Source of the DNA: an uncultured Gemmatimonadaceae bacterium
GTDB taxonomy: Bacteria; Gemmatimonadota; Gemmatimonadetes; Gemmatimonadales; Gemmatimonadaceae
DNA: 64,000 bases
Direction of reading: 5' to 3'
Assembly: GCA_963716745.1 (NCBI GenBank)
Contig: OY970320.1
Coordinates: 1,527,865 to 1,591,864, forward strand
Part shown: piece after piece, positions 1-8,784 of the stretch
Position numbering within the stretch: position 1 is the stretch's first letter
Layout: each line of letters begins with the position of its first letter
Program-made: the position numbers and the translations under genes
The notes under the pieces: model-generated
Told to the model about the DNA's origin: nothing
What the model saw: the letters and a program-made list of their open reading frames with translations, nothing else
Database searches by the model: none

Positions 1-246
1 GTAGCGCTCGCGGCGCCACGCGGCCGGCCAGTCGCGCCACGGGCCCTGTTCGATGTTGTGCGTGATGGCGGTGGGCACGCCGCTCTTCGGCACGTACACG
101 AAGATGCGGCGCGACACCATGCCTTTGAGTTCGAGCACGCCGGCGGTCACCGGATTCACGCCGCGGAAATCGTACAGGAGCCAGCCGTCCACGCCGCTGT
201 CGGCGATCGCGCGCTGGAGCGCGGGAAGGTTGTCGGTCGTGAGCAT
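1..246 (-). CDS. M24B / Xaa-Pro aminopeptidase-like protein, N-terminal 82 codons only (gene runs off the window start)
   Basis: Not in the ORF track because it is truncated. The reverse-strand ATG at 246-244 gives MLTTDNLPALQRAIADSGVDGWLLYDFRGVNPVTAGVLELKGMVSRRIFVYVPKSGVPTAITHNIEQ. This resembles creatinase/prolidase N-terminal domains; the call rests on pattern memory only. Confidence 0.4.
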   Translation of the reverse strand, partial: MLTTDNLPALQRAIADSGVDGWLLYDFRGVNPVTAGVLELKGMVSRRIFVYVPKSGVPTAITHNIEQGPWRDWPAAWRRERY

Positions 247-286
247 CGTGGAAATAGAACGCCCGCCCCGCGCGGCGGGAAGTGCG

Positions 287-913
287 TCAGGCCGCGCTGA
301 GATTCCGCCAGTCGACCCGCCATTCGCAGCGCCCTTCGTTGCGCGCGGCGCAGCGCACGTGGTCCACGCGGCCGCTGGTGGCGCCGAGCAGCCGCAGCAA
401 TTCGTGCAGCGATTCCTCGTAGTACGTGCAGCCGAGGGAGTTCGGCGCGCTGTCCACCGTCACCGAGCTCTCCACCTCCAGGATGAGGTGCGCGCCGGAG
501 CGGCGCACGACGCCGCCCCAGTATCGCTCCGCGATCTTGCGGGTCTGCGCGAGCGCCATGGGACGTGAGAGGAGCGATGGCAGTACGGCGATCGCCTGGC
601 GCGTGATGACCGGGATGCGGGCATAGGTCTCGCGCGCCACATAGCGGCCGGCGGCGCGGAAGGCGGCCTCGGCGTCGGGGCGGCGGCCGATGAGCGTCGC
701 GAGCGCGACCGCTTCCTCCTGCGCGGGTCGAATGCCGCGCTTCACCATGTCGCCGTAGCGGCGGATCTGCGCGTACACCGTGTCGCTGAGCCCGAAGCGC
801 TTGGTGCGAAGTTCGGCGACGAACTCGGCCTCGAGATCGCCATCGGGACTGTCGACGCTGCGAACGGCTTCGAGGAAGGAGAGCGGGATGAGGGCGTCGA
901 CCGTGGCGTTCAT
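287..913 (-). CDS. V4R-domain (4-vinyl-reductase-like) small-molecule-binding protein
   Basis: ORF 287..1057, trimmed to the ATG at 913 (MNATVDALIPLSF). The C-terminal LGCTYYEESLHELLRLLG...VRCAARNEGRCEW fits the Cys-spaced V4R signature. Confidence 0.5.
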   Translation of the reverse strand: MNATVDALIPLSFLEAVRSVDSPDGDLEAEFVAELRTKRFGLSDTVYAQIRRYGDMVKRGIRPAQEEAVALATLIGRRPDAEAAFRAAGRYVARETYARIPVITRQAIAVLPSLLSRPMALAQTRKIAERYWGGVVRRSGAHLILEVESSVTVDSAPNSLGCTYYEESLHELLRLLGATSGRVDHVRCAARNEGRCEWRVDWRNLSAA

Positions 914-1092
914 TGCGTGGCAAAGGTAATCGCGCGGGGTGACGCAAACAACGCCGCCGCGGCGCGGGCGTTCGCTTGCGGGGCGGCGGCCGCGCGCGGC
1001 ACTATACAGCACCATGAACATCTTCTTGATAACGGACGACGGATTCGCGCTGCGCATGCTCGTGGGCGCCGCGATCGCTGATCGTCATCGCC

Positions 1093-1876
1093 GTGATCGC
1101 GCTGCGGCGCGGCTCGCTCACCAAGTCGGGCGCCATCACCGCGGCGGCCGTGGGCACCGTGAGCGTGAGTGCGGGGTATGGATGGGGAGCGATGCTCATC
1201 GCGTTCTTCGTGAGCGCTACCGCGCTCACGCACTATCGCGAAGCGGAGCGGGCGCAGCGCACGGCGGGCGTGCTGGAGAAGGAGGGCGCGCGCGATGCGC
1301 TGCAGGTGCTGGCGAACGGGGCGTTGTTCGCCATCGCGGCGGCGGCGATCAAGGCACGATGGGGACTCAAGTACGGGACGATGGACACGCTGCCGGCGTG
1401 GACATGGCTCTGGACGGCGATCGGCGGCGGAGCGATCGCGACGGCGTGCGCGGACACGTGGAGCACCGAGATCGGCACGCTGTCCGATGCGCCGCCGCGG
1501 TCGATCGCGACGTTCAAGATCGTGCCGGCGGGAACGTCGGGGGGCGTAACAGCGCGAGGATCGGCGGCGGCGGTGGCGGGCGCGTGCTTCATGGGCGCTG
1601 TCGCGTGGGCGGTGCGCTGGCCGGCGATGCTCGCGGCGGCGACGGCGGCGGGGGGAATAATCGGCGCGTTCGCGGATTCTCTCATTGGGGCGACGCTGCA
1701 GGGACGGCGTCAGTGCCCCAAGTGCGGCGTCGCAACCGGAGCAGCTGGTGCACGATTGCGGCACGGAAACGGTGGCGGCGGGAGGTCTCGAGTGGCTCGA
1801 CAACGATCTGGTGAATCTGCTCAGCACCGGCTTGGGCGCCCTGGCGGCGGCCGCGATCGCTTCCGCGTTCGTCTGA
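1093..1876 (+). pseudogene. DUF92/TMEM19 (COG1836, VTE6 phytyl-phosphate-kinase-like) membrane protein, frame broken
   Basis: ORF 1093..1887 has LTKSGAITAAAVG and ADTWSTEIG. The conserved C-terminus EQLVHDCGTETVAAGGLEWLDNDLVNLLS lies in the +1 frame (ORF 1685..1876), with the join near 1735-1740. A second break is possible near 1078 (MLVGAAIA from the ATG at 1056). Confidence 0.6.
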
Positions 1877-1883
1877 GCGCGGC

Positions 1884-3332
1884 ATGACCGCGCTCGCCGC
1901 CGGTTCTGCGCCGCGCGTGCTCCTCGTGAGCACGAACCGCGAACGCCAGCCGATGCCGGTGGTACCGAACGGCATCGCCTGTGTCGCGGGCGCGCTCAAG
2001 GCAGCGGGGCACCAGACGCGCGTGCTCGATCTCGCGTTCTCGCGCGACCCGCACGCCGCGGCCGGCGCCGCCGCGCGCGAGTTCGCGCCCGACGTCATCG
2101 GTGTCTCGATGCGGAACATCGACAACAGCGATCTCATCGCGCTCCGGCATTACACGCCCGAGGCCACCGCGCTCCTCGCGACGCTGCGGGCCGCCGCGCC
2201 GCGCGCCCGCGTGATCGCGGGCGGTGCCGCGTTCGGGGTCGCGCCCGAGGCGCTCTTCGACACGCTTGGCGTCGACTACGCGGTGGCCGGCGATGGCGAG
2301 CGCGCCACGGTCGCGCTGCTCGACTCGCTCGCCGCCGGCCGCGCGCCCGGCGCGATCCCCGGCGTCGTACAGCGCGGCGACAGCGGGACGAAGCTCACGC
2401 CGCCCGGCGGCGACGCCGATCTCGATTCGCTGCCCGCGGCACACATGCACAAGTGGCTCGACCTCGCCGCGTACGAGCGCCGCGGCGGCACGGTGCCCAT
2501 CCAGACGAAGCGCGGCTGCGTGTTCAAGTGCATCTACTGCACATATCTCAACGTGGAAGGTTGGGGCTACCGCCTGCGCGACCCCGATCTCGTCGCGCTC
2601 GAGATGGAAGAGCTGCATCGCGAGGCCGGCGTCACGCACTTCGAGTTCGTGGATTCCACCTTCAATGCACCACCGCGCCACGCGATGGATGTGTGCGATG
2701 CGATCCTGCGCCGGCGCCTGCGCGTGCATCTCGACACCACGAACTTCACGCCCGCCACCGCGCCCGCGGAGCTGCTCGCGCTCATGCGTCGCGCCGGCTT
2801 CCGCTGGCTCGGCATCACCGCCGAGAGCGCGAGCGACTCGGTGCTCGAGCGGCTGCAGAAGGGTTTCGACGCCGCGCAGGTGCGCGCCGTCGCGGAGCGC
2901 GTGGAACAGGCGGGCATCGGCGTGTTGTGGATCTTCCTCGTGGGTGGGCCGGGCGAGACGCGCGAGACACTCGAAGAGACGCTACGCTTCGCCGCCTGGC
3001 GACTGGGCCGCGGCGACGCCGTGTACCTCACCGTCGGCCTGCGCATCTACCCGGGCACCACGCTCCACAATATCGCGCGGGACGAGGGCGTGGTCGCCAC
3101 CGGCGATCCACTCCTCGTGCCGCGATTCTACTTCACGAGTTCTCTCGATTTCGAGAGCACGGTCGCGCGCCTGCGCGCCTTCGCGTCCGCACATCCGCGC
3201 TTCATGTTCTCCGCCGACTCGCGTTCGCCGCTGCTGCCGCACCTCACGCGGCTCGCCGGCGTACTGCGGCTGCCCCGTCCGCATTGGCGCTACATGGGCT
3301 TGTTCCAGCGCATCGCGCGCGCCGTGTCATGA
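1884..3332 (+). CDS. B12-binding-domain radical SAM protein (lipid-cluster type)
   Basis: 482-aa ORF. The N-terminal cobalamin-binding-like region (RVLLVSTNRE...PDVIGVSMRN) is followed by the radical SAM motif CVFKCIYC (CxxxCxxC). Its stop overlaps the next start (ATGA at 3329-3332). Confidence 0.8.
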   Translation: MTALAAGSAPRVLLVSTNRERQPMPVVPNGIACVAGALKAAGHQTRVLDLAFSRDPHAAAGAAAREFAPDVIGVSMRNIDNSDLIALRHYTPEATALLATLRAAAPRARVIAGGAAFGVAPEALFDTLGVDYAVAGDGERATVALLDSLAAGRAPGAIPGVVQRGDSGTKLTPPGGDADLDSLPAAHMHKWLDLAAYERRGGTVPIQTKRGCVFKCIYCTYLNVEGWGYRLRDPDLVALEMEELHREAGVTHFEFVDSTFNAPPRHAMDVCDAILRRRLRVHLDTTNFTPATAPAELLALMRRAGFRWLGITAESASDSVLERLQKGFDAAQVRAVAERVEQAGIGVLWIFLVGGPGETRETLEETLRFAAWRLGRGDAVYLTVGLRIYPGTTLHNIARDEGVVATGDPLLVPRFYFTSSLDFESTVARLRAFASAHPRFMFSADSRSPLLPHLTRLAGVLRLPRPHWRYMGLFQRIARAVS

Positions 3333-4604
3333 CCGAACGCATCGATGTGATCGTCGTAGGCGGCGGACCGGCGGGCAGCTCCGCCGCCTGGCATCTCGCG
3401 CGCGGCGGCGCGCGCGTCGTGCTGCTCGATCGTGCCCGCTTCCCGCGCGACAAGCCGTGCGCCGAATACCTGAGCCCCGAAGCCTCGCGGATCCTCGAAT
3501 CGATGGGCGTGCTCGGCGCGTGCGAGCGCGCGGGCGCGGCGGCGCTGGCGGGCATGATCGTGCGCTCGCCCGCCGGCACGGTCGCGCAGGGCGCGTTCAC
3601 GGCGGCGCACGGATTCCGTCCGTTCCGCGACCGCGGACTCGGCCTGCGTCGCACCGCGCTCGACGCGCTCGTGCTCGGAGCAGCGCGGGATGCGGGCGTG
3701 AACGTGATCGAGGGGGAGCAGGTGACTGATGTGATCCGCGACGAGCGCGGCGTGGCGACCGGCGTGCGCACGCTCGAGAACGGCGCGGCGCGCGAGCGGC
3801 GCGCGGCGCTTGTCGTGGGCGCCGACGGCCTGCGTTCCGTGGTCGGGCGCCGGCTCGGCCTCACACGCTTCGCACGCGTGCCGCGCCGGCTCGCATTCGT
3901 GACGCACTACCGGGGCATACGCGGCATGTCAGGCTTCGGCGAGATGCACGTCGAGCGTGACGGCTACTTCGGCCTCGCCCCGGTGGAAGACGGATTGACC
4001 AACGTCGCGATCGTCGCGCCGGTGAGCGTCGCGCGCGCCGCGCGCGGACGCGCCGGACCGTTCTTCGATGCGTGGATCGCGTCGCGGCCGCAACTCGCCC
4101 CGCGGTTCGCCGGCGCGGAGCGCGTGGGCGCGGTGAGCGCCACCGGTCCGTTCGCGCAACGCGCGCGCCGCGCGTGGTCGCCGGGAGCGGCGCTAGTCGG
4201 GGATGCCGCCGATTTCTTCGACCCGTTCACCGGCGAGGGCATCTATGCCGCGTTGCTGGGCGGGGAGCTGTTGGCGCCGTTCGCGCTCGCGGCGCTCGGT
4301 GCATCCACCGCGAAGATCGCCGCGGAGTCGCTCGCCGGCTACGATCGCGCGCGGCGCCGCGCGTTCGGAGGGAAATGGGTGGTCGAGCGGTTCGTCGGAC
4401 TCGCGGTGGCGAGTCCCATCGCTCATGGACCGCATCACGCGATCGTTGGCGGCCTCACCCGACATGGCGGATCTCGTGGTGGGCGTCGGCGGCGACTTCG
4501 TACCGACGAGTGCCGTGCTTACGCCGCGGTTCCTCGCACGCTTGCTGTTCGGCATGCCTCGCGTCAGGCCGGCGGCCGTCCAGCCGCTCACCCGGGCGCG
4601 GTGA
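3329..4604 (+). CDS. FAD-dependent oxidoreductase, geranylgeranyl-reductase family (one frame break)
   Basis: MTERIDVIVVGGGPAGSSAA dinucleotide-binding motif; GADGLRSVVGRRLG; VGDAADFFDPFTGEGI. The C-terminus LAASPDMADLVVGVGGDFVPTSAVL is in the +1 frame (ORF 4203..4604), with the join near 4410-4420. Confidence 0.75.
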
Positions 4605-4606
4605 CC

Positions 4607-5080
4607 ATGATCGATCCCGATCTCTTCCGCAGCGTGCTCGGCCGCTTCACGAGCGGCGTGACCGTCGCCACGGCGCGCGATGCGTCCGGAGAGGACCACG
4701 GCATGACCGTGAGCTCGTTCTGCTCGCTGAGCCTCTCGCCGCCGCTCGTGCTCATCTGCGTGGAGCAGAGCACCGAATTACACCGCGTGCTCGCGACTGC
4801 GCGCGCGTTCGCGGTGAACGTGCTGGCCGACGACCAGGAGATGATCTCGCGGCGGTTCGCCGAGCCCGACGCGGGGCGTTTCGAGGGGCTCGCCTTCACG
4901 CGCGGCGTGAGCGGCTGCGCACTGCTCGCCGGCACGCTGGCGTCCATCGAGTGCACGGTGCGCGCCCGGCACCCGGAGGGCGACCATACGATCGTCGTCG
5001 GCGAGGTCACGGCCGCGGCAGCGCGCGATGGCCGGCCGCTGCTCTACTACCGCGGCGGCTATACCGTGATGGAGCGCTAG
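4607..5080 (+). CDS. Flavin reductase (HpaC/NADH:FMN oxidoreductase-like) family protein
   Basis: MIDPDLFRSVLGRFTSGVTVATA...GMTVSSFCSLSLSPPLVLICV...LLYYRGGY is a classic flavin reductase domain pattern. The ATG lies 2 nt after the upstream stop. Confidence 0.8.
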   Translation: MIDPDLFRSVLGRFTSGVTVATARDASGEDHGMTVSSFCSLSLSPPLVLICVEQSTELHRVLATARAFAVNVLADDQEMISRRFAEPDAGRFEGLAFTRGVSGCALLAGTLASIECTVRARHPEGDHTIVVGEVTAAAARDGRPLLYYRGGYTVMER

Positions 5081-5081
5081 C

Positions 5082-5790
5082 GTGGCGTCGCCCCTCACCC
5101 CGCGGCGCCGGCGCGGTATCGAGATCCTCGACGATCCGACGCTTGCCCCCGAGTTGCGATTGCGCTCGCTCGCGGATGTCGAGCCGCGCCAACGCGCTCT
5201 TCGGCGGCACGCGCGCGGTGCTGGCCGAGCTGGAGATCGCGCTCGACGCATCGCCGGCGCGCGAGGCGACGCTGCTCGATGTCGGTACCGGGCTGGGCGA
5301 TATCCCGCGGCGCGCCGTCGCGATGGCGCGCGCGCGTGGACGCACCCTGCACGCGGCCGGCGTCGAACTCGCCGAGCCGCTCGCGCGCGGCGCGCGTGGC
5401 GACGAGTTCCCGGTGGCCTGTGCCGACGCGCGCGCGCTCCCCTTCGCCGACCGGAGCTTCGATTTCGTCACCTGTTCGCAACTGCTGCATCACTTCGACG
5501 GCGACGCGGCGCTCGCGCTGCTGCGCGAGCTGCACCGCGTGGCGCGGCGTCTCGTGATCGTGAGCGAACTACGCCGCAGCTGGTTGGCGGCCGCAGGGAT
5601 ATGGCTCGTGTCGTACCCGCTGCGCTTCCATCCGGTGAGCCGGCACGACGGAGTCGTGTCGGTGTTCCGCGGTTTCCGCCGCGGCGAACTGCGCGAACTC
5701 GTGCGCGAAGCGGTGTCGCGCGATGCCGACGTCCGCGACCGGCTCGGCTTCCGCACCACGGCCGCCTGGATCCCGGTGGAGGTCGCGTGA
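5082..5790 (+). CDS. Class I SAM-dependent methyltransferase (one frame break)
   Basis: The GTG at 5082 gives ASPLTPRRRRGIEILDDPTLAPELRLRSLADV. The +1 frame then gives RANALFGGTRAVL...LLDVGTGLGDIPR...FDFVTCSQLLHHF. The join is near 5175-5185. Confidence 0.7.
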
Positions 5791-6332
5791 CCGAGCTCGA
5801 GCTGGCGCCTCCGTACGAATTGGGCGCGATGCCCGGCGGCCGTCTCATGGAGACCGTCGATGAACGCCTCGTACGCGCTCCCGTCGGCGCCATGTTCGAG
5901 CTCGCGCGCGACGTGGAGCGCTGGCCCGACCACCTCGCCCACTACCGCTGGGTGCGGTTCCACGAGCGCGCCGCCGACGGCGGTGGCATCGTCGAGATGG
6001 CGGCGTGGCGCCCGTTCGGCATTTTCGGCATCCGCACCTGGTGGATGTCGGAGATGCAGGTGGACGACGCGCGGCCGGCGATACGGTTCCGTCACATCAT
6101 GGGTGTCACCAAGCGGATGGACGTGGAATGGAGCTTCACGCCGGCCGACGGCGGGACGCACGTGCGCATCGTGCACGTATGGGACGGCCCGCGCTGGCCG
6201 CTGATCGGCGGCTTCGCCGCCACACGCGTGATCGGCCCCGTATTCGTGCACGGGATCGCCTCGCGCACGCTCGCCGGACTCGCGGCCGCGGCGGAACGCG
6301 GCTCGAATGGCACTCTCACGGGTAGTGACTGA
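5787..6332 (+). CDS. SRPBCC (START / polyketide cyclase-dehydrase-like) family protein
   Basis: The GTG at 5787 overlaps the upstream stop (GTGA). VRAPVGAMFELARDVERWPDHLAHY...VEWSFTPADGGTHVRIVHVW is typical of the SRPBCC fold. Confidence 0.65.
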   Translation: MTELELAPPYELGAMPGGRLMETVDERLVRAPVGAMFELARDVERWPDHLAHYRWVRFHERAADGGGIVEMAAWRPFGIFGIRTWWMSEMQVDDARPAIRFRHIMGVTKRMDVEWSFTPADGGTHVRIVHVWDGPRWPLIGGFAATRVIGPVFVHGIASRTLAGLAAAAERGSNGTLTGSD

Positions 6333-6333
6333 G

Positions 6334-7577
6334 ATGAAACGACGCGTCGCGATCACCGGCATCGGCGCCATCACGCCGATCGGCACCAGTTCCTCGGGAT
6401 TGTGGGACGGGCTTCGCGCGCAGCGCAGCGCCGTGCGGGAGCTCACGCGCTTCGATCCGTCGATCTTCCGCAGCCACATCGCGGCCGAGGTGAACGACTT
6501 CGTCCCCACGGATCATCTGGAAGCAGAAGCGCGCCAAGCGTCTCGACCGATTCGGGCAATTCAGCGTCGCCACCGCGCGCCTCGCGATCGAGGACTCCGG
6601 CATCGATCTCGCCGTCGAGGACAAGGAGCGCGATCGGCGCGATGATGGGCACGGCACTCGGCGGCGTGGGCTACGCCGAGGAACAGTGCGGCGTGTTCTA
6701 CCGCGGGAGCGTGAAGCGATGTGGATCCGATGCTCGCGCTCACGGTGTTCGGCGGCGCCTCGAGCTGCAACATGGCCATCGAGTTCGGCGTGCAAGGTCC
6801 GAACAGCACTAACGCGATGAGCTGCGCGAGCGGCACCATCGCGATCGGCGATGCTTTCCGGCAGATCCGCGATGGCTACGCCGACGTGATGATCGCGGGC
6901 GGCGCCGAAGCGCCGCTCTGGCCGCTCTGTTACGGCGCGTTCGCGCTCATCCGCGCCATGAGCACGCGCAACGACGATCCGTCGGCGCGCGTCGCGTCCG
7001 TTCGACAAGGATCGCGACGGGTTCGTGATGGGCGAGGGCGCGGCGGTGCTCATGCTCGAGGAGATGAGCGCGGGCGAAGGCGCGCGGCGCGCGCATCTAC
7101 GGCGAGGTGTGCGGCTACGGGATGAGCAACGACGCGTATCACATGACCGCACCGCGCCCCGATGGTTCGCAGGCGGCGCGCAGCATGCAGCGCGCGCTCG
7201 ACGACGCGGGCCTCGCCCCCACCGAGATCGGCTATGTGAACGCCCACGGCAGCTCCACACCGCTCAACGATTCCACCGAGACCCTCGCGATCCGCCGCGT
7301 GTTCGGCGACCACGCCGCCGCGCTGCCGGTGAGCGGCACCAAGGGCTATTACGGTCACGCGCTGGGTGCGAGCGGCGCGATCGAGGCCGCGATCTGCGCC
7401 CTCGCGATGGAGCAGGCGTGGCTGCCGCCCACGGTGAATCTCGATTCGCCGGATGCGGCATGCGCGCTGGATCACGTGCCGCGCGCGGGGCTGCAGGGCA
7501 GGCCCGAACACATCCTGTCGAACAGTTTCGGATTCGGCGGCATCAATGCCGCCCTGGTGCTCCGCCGCGCCGACTGA
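6334..7577 (+). pseudogene. Beta-ketoacyl-ACP synthase I/II (FabF/FabB-like), at least 5 frame breaks
   Basis: MKRRVAITGIGAITPIG start; KRAKRLDRFGQFSVATARLAIEDSG; IGAMMGTALGG; NSTNAMSCASGTIAIGDA (active-site Cys); RPFDKDRDGFVMGEGAAVL; YVNAHGSSTPLND; GHALGASGAIEA; SNSFGFGGINAALV. These pieces lie successively in frames 1,2,3,1,2,3, with joins near 6525, 6632, 6718, 6987 and 7078. Confidence 0.8.
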
Positions 7578-7595
7578 CTTGTCCGGTTCGCGCGC

Positions 7596-7601
7596 TATCT
7601 T
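7596..7601 (+). promoter_or_regulatory. -10-like hexamer TATCTT, 7 nt upstream of the ATG at 7609 (leaderless-type arrangement)
   Basis: cgaCTGACTtgtccggttcgcgcgcTATCTTactgggcATG. No Shine-Dalgarno sequence lies between the hexamer and the start. Confidence 0.3.
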
Positions 7602-7608
7602 ACTGGGC

Positions 7609-8118
7609 ATGCTGAATCGTTCGTTGGGCTGCGCCGCACTCGTGCTGGTCGCGCTCGCCGCGTGCAACGGGCCGGAACGCGGCCCCGACGCCGAGAAGAT
7701 CGTCTCGCATTTCGTGCGCGCCGATACGCTCGGCAGCTGGGACGAGGCGATCTCGCTCGTTGCGCCGTGCGACACGAGCGCAACCGCACCGCCGATCCGC
7801 GTCACGCGATCCGTGTCCGTGGGCGGCGCGCAACAAGGCAAAGGCAAGGACAGCATCCTCGTCGCCGCGTACTATCAGGTCGCGGGCACGGCGGTATCGG
7901 GCGAGACGCTGGGGAACGGCGTCACGGTGTGGCACTTTACCCCGGCCGCCGCCACCGACACTGTCACCTTCCGCCTCGGCCCCGACAGCTTCGGCCGCCT
8001 CATGATCGCCTGCGGCCCGCTTCCGGTTCATCGTGCGCCCATGGAGATGCCCGATCAAGTCACGCAGATGGACTCGGCATCGCGCGCCGCGTTCGACGCG
8101 GCGGTCGCAAGACGCTAG
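7609..8118 (+). CDS. Lipoprotein, function unknown
   Basis: ORF 7453..8118 trimmed to the ATG at 7609. MLNRSLGCAALVLVALAACNG is a signal peptide plus lipobox (LAAC). Confidence 0.6.
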   Translation: MLNRSLGCAALVLVALAACNGPERGPDAEKIVSHFVRADTLGSWDEAISLVAPCDTSATAPPIRVTRSVSVGGAQQGKGKDSILVAAYYQVAGTAVSGETLGNGVTVWHFTPAAATDTVTFRLGPDSFGRLMIACGPLPVHRAPMEMPDQVTQMDSASRAAFDAAVARR

Positions 8119-8167
8119 ACGCATGCAGTTGCCGTCTAACGTCTAAGTCTAGAGTCCAAGTCTGTAG

Positions 8168-8734
8168 TTACGGCGTCGCCGTCATGAACTTCGCCGCGTA
8201 CCGGTCGATGCCTTCGCGAATGACCGTCATCGCGACATCGCTCTTCCCCCACCCCACGGTCTGCACCCGCTTCCCCTCGAGATCCTTGTAGATGTGGAAG
8301 AAGTGCTCGACCTCTTTCAGCACGTGCTGCGGGATGTCCGCGATGTCGAAATACTCGCCGAAGAAGGGGTCGTTGATCGGCACCGCGAGGATCTTGTCGT
8401 CGGGCTCGCCGCGGTCGGTCATCTTCAGCACGCCAATGGGGCGCGCGTCGATCTGGCATCCCGGGAACGTCGGCTCGTTCACCATCACGAGGATGTCGCA
8501 CGGATCGTGATCCTCCGCCAGCGTGCGCGGGATGAACCCGTAGTCGCCCGGATAGTGCACGGCCGAGTACAGCACGCGATCGAGACGCAGGAGCCCCGAC
8601 TCCTTGTCGAGCTCGTACTTGTTGCGGCTCCCGGTGGGGATCTCCACGAGCGCGGTCACCTCTTCCGGCGGGTGCCGCCCTGGGGGCAGGTGGTGCCACG
8701 GGTGGAGCAAGCGCGCCTCACGCGAAGTGTGCAC
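8168..8734 (-). CDS. ppa: Inorganic pyrophosphatase (family I)
   Basis: VEIPTGSRNKYELDKESG...YPGDYGFIPRTLAEDHDPCDILV...DDKILAV are the canonical family I PPase motifs. Confidence 0.9.
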   Translation of the reverse strand: MHTSREARLLHPWHHLPPGRHPPEEVTALVEIPTGSRNKYELDKESGLLRLDRVLYSAVHYPGDYGFIPRTLAEDHDPCDILVMVNEPTFPGCQIDARPIGVLKMTDRGEPDDKILAVPINDPFFGEYFDIADIPQHVLKEVEHFFHIYKDLEGKRVQTVGWGKSDVAMTVIREGIDRYAAKFMTATP

Positions 8735-8784
8735 CGGAATTGTAGCGCGCCCGGCGCTCGACTGACAGCCGCGGCGGGCGTATC

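Noticed and set aside
2453-5080. An 875-aa ORF that looks like one giant protein spanning the radical SAM, reductase and flavin reductase region.
   Set aside because: Only two stretches make sense: 3329-about 4415 (the GGR-like gene) and 4607-5080 (the flavin reductase). The upstream third is the wrong frame of the radical SAM gene. The bridge at 4420-4606 is out-of-frame read-through caused by the frame break.
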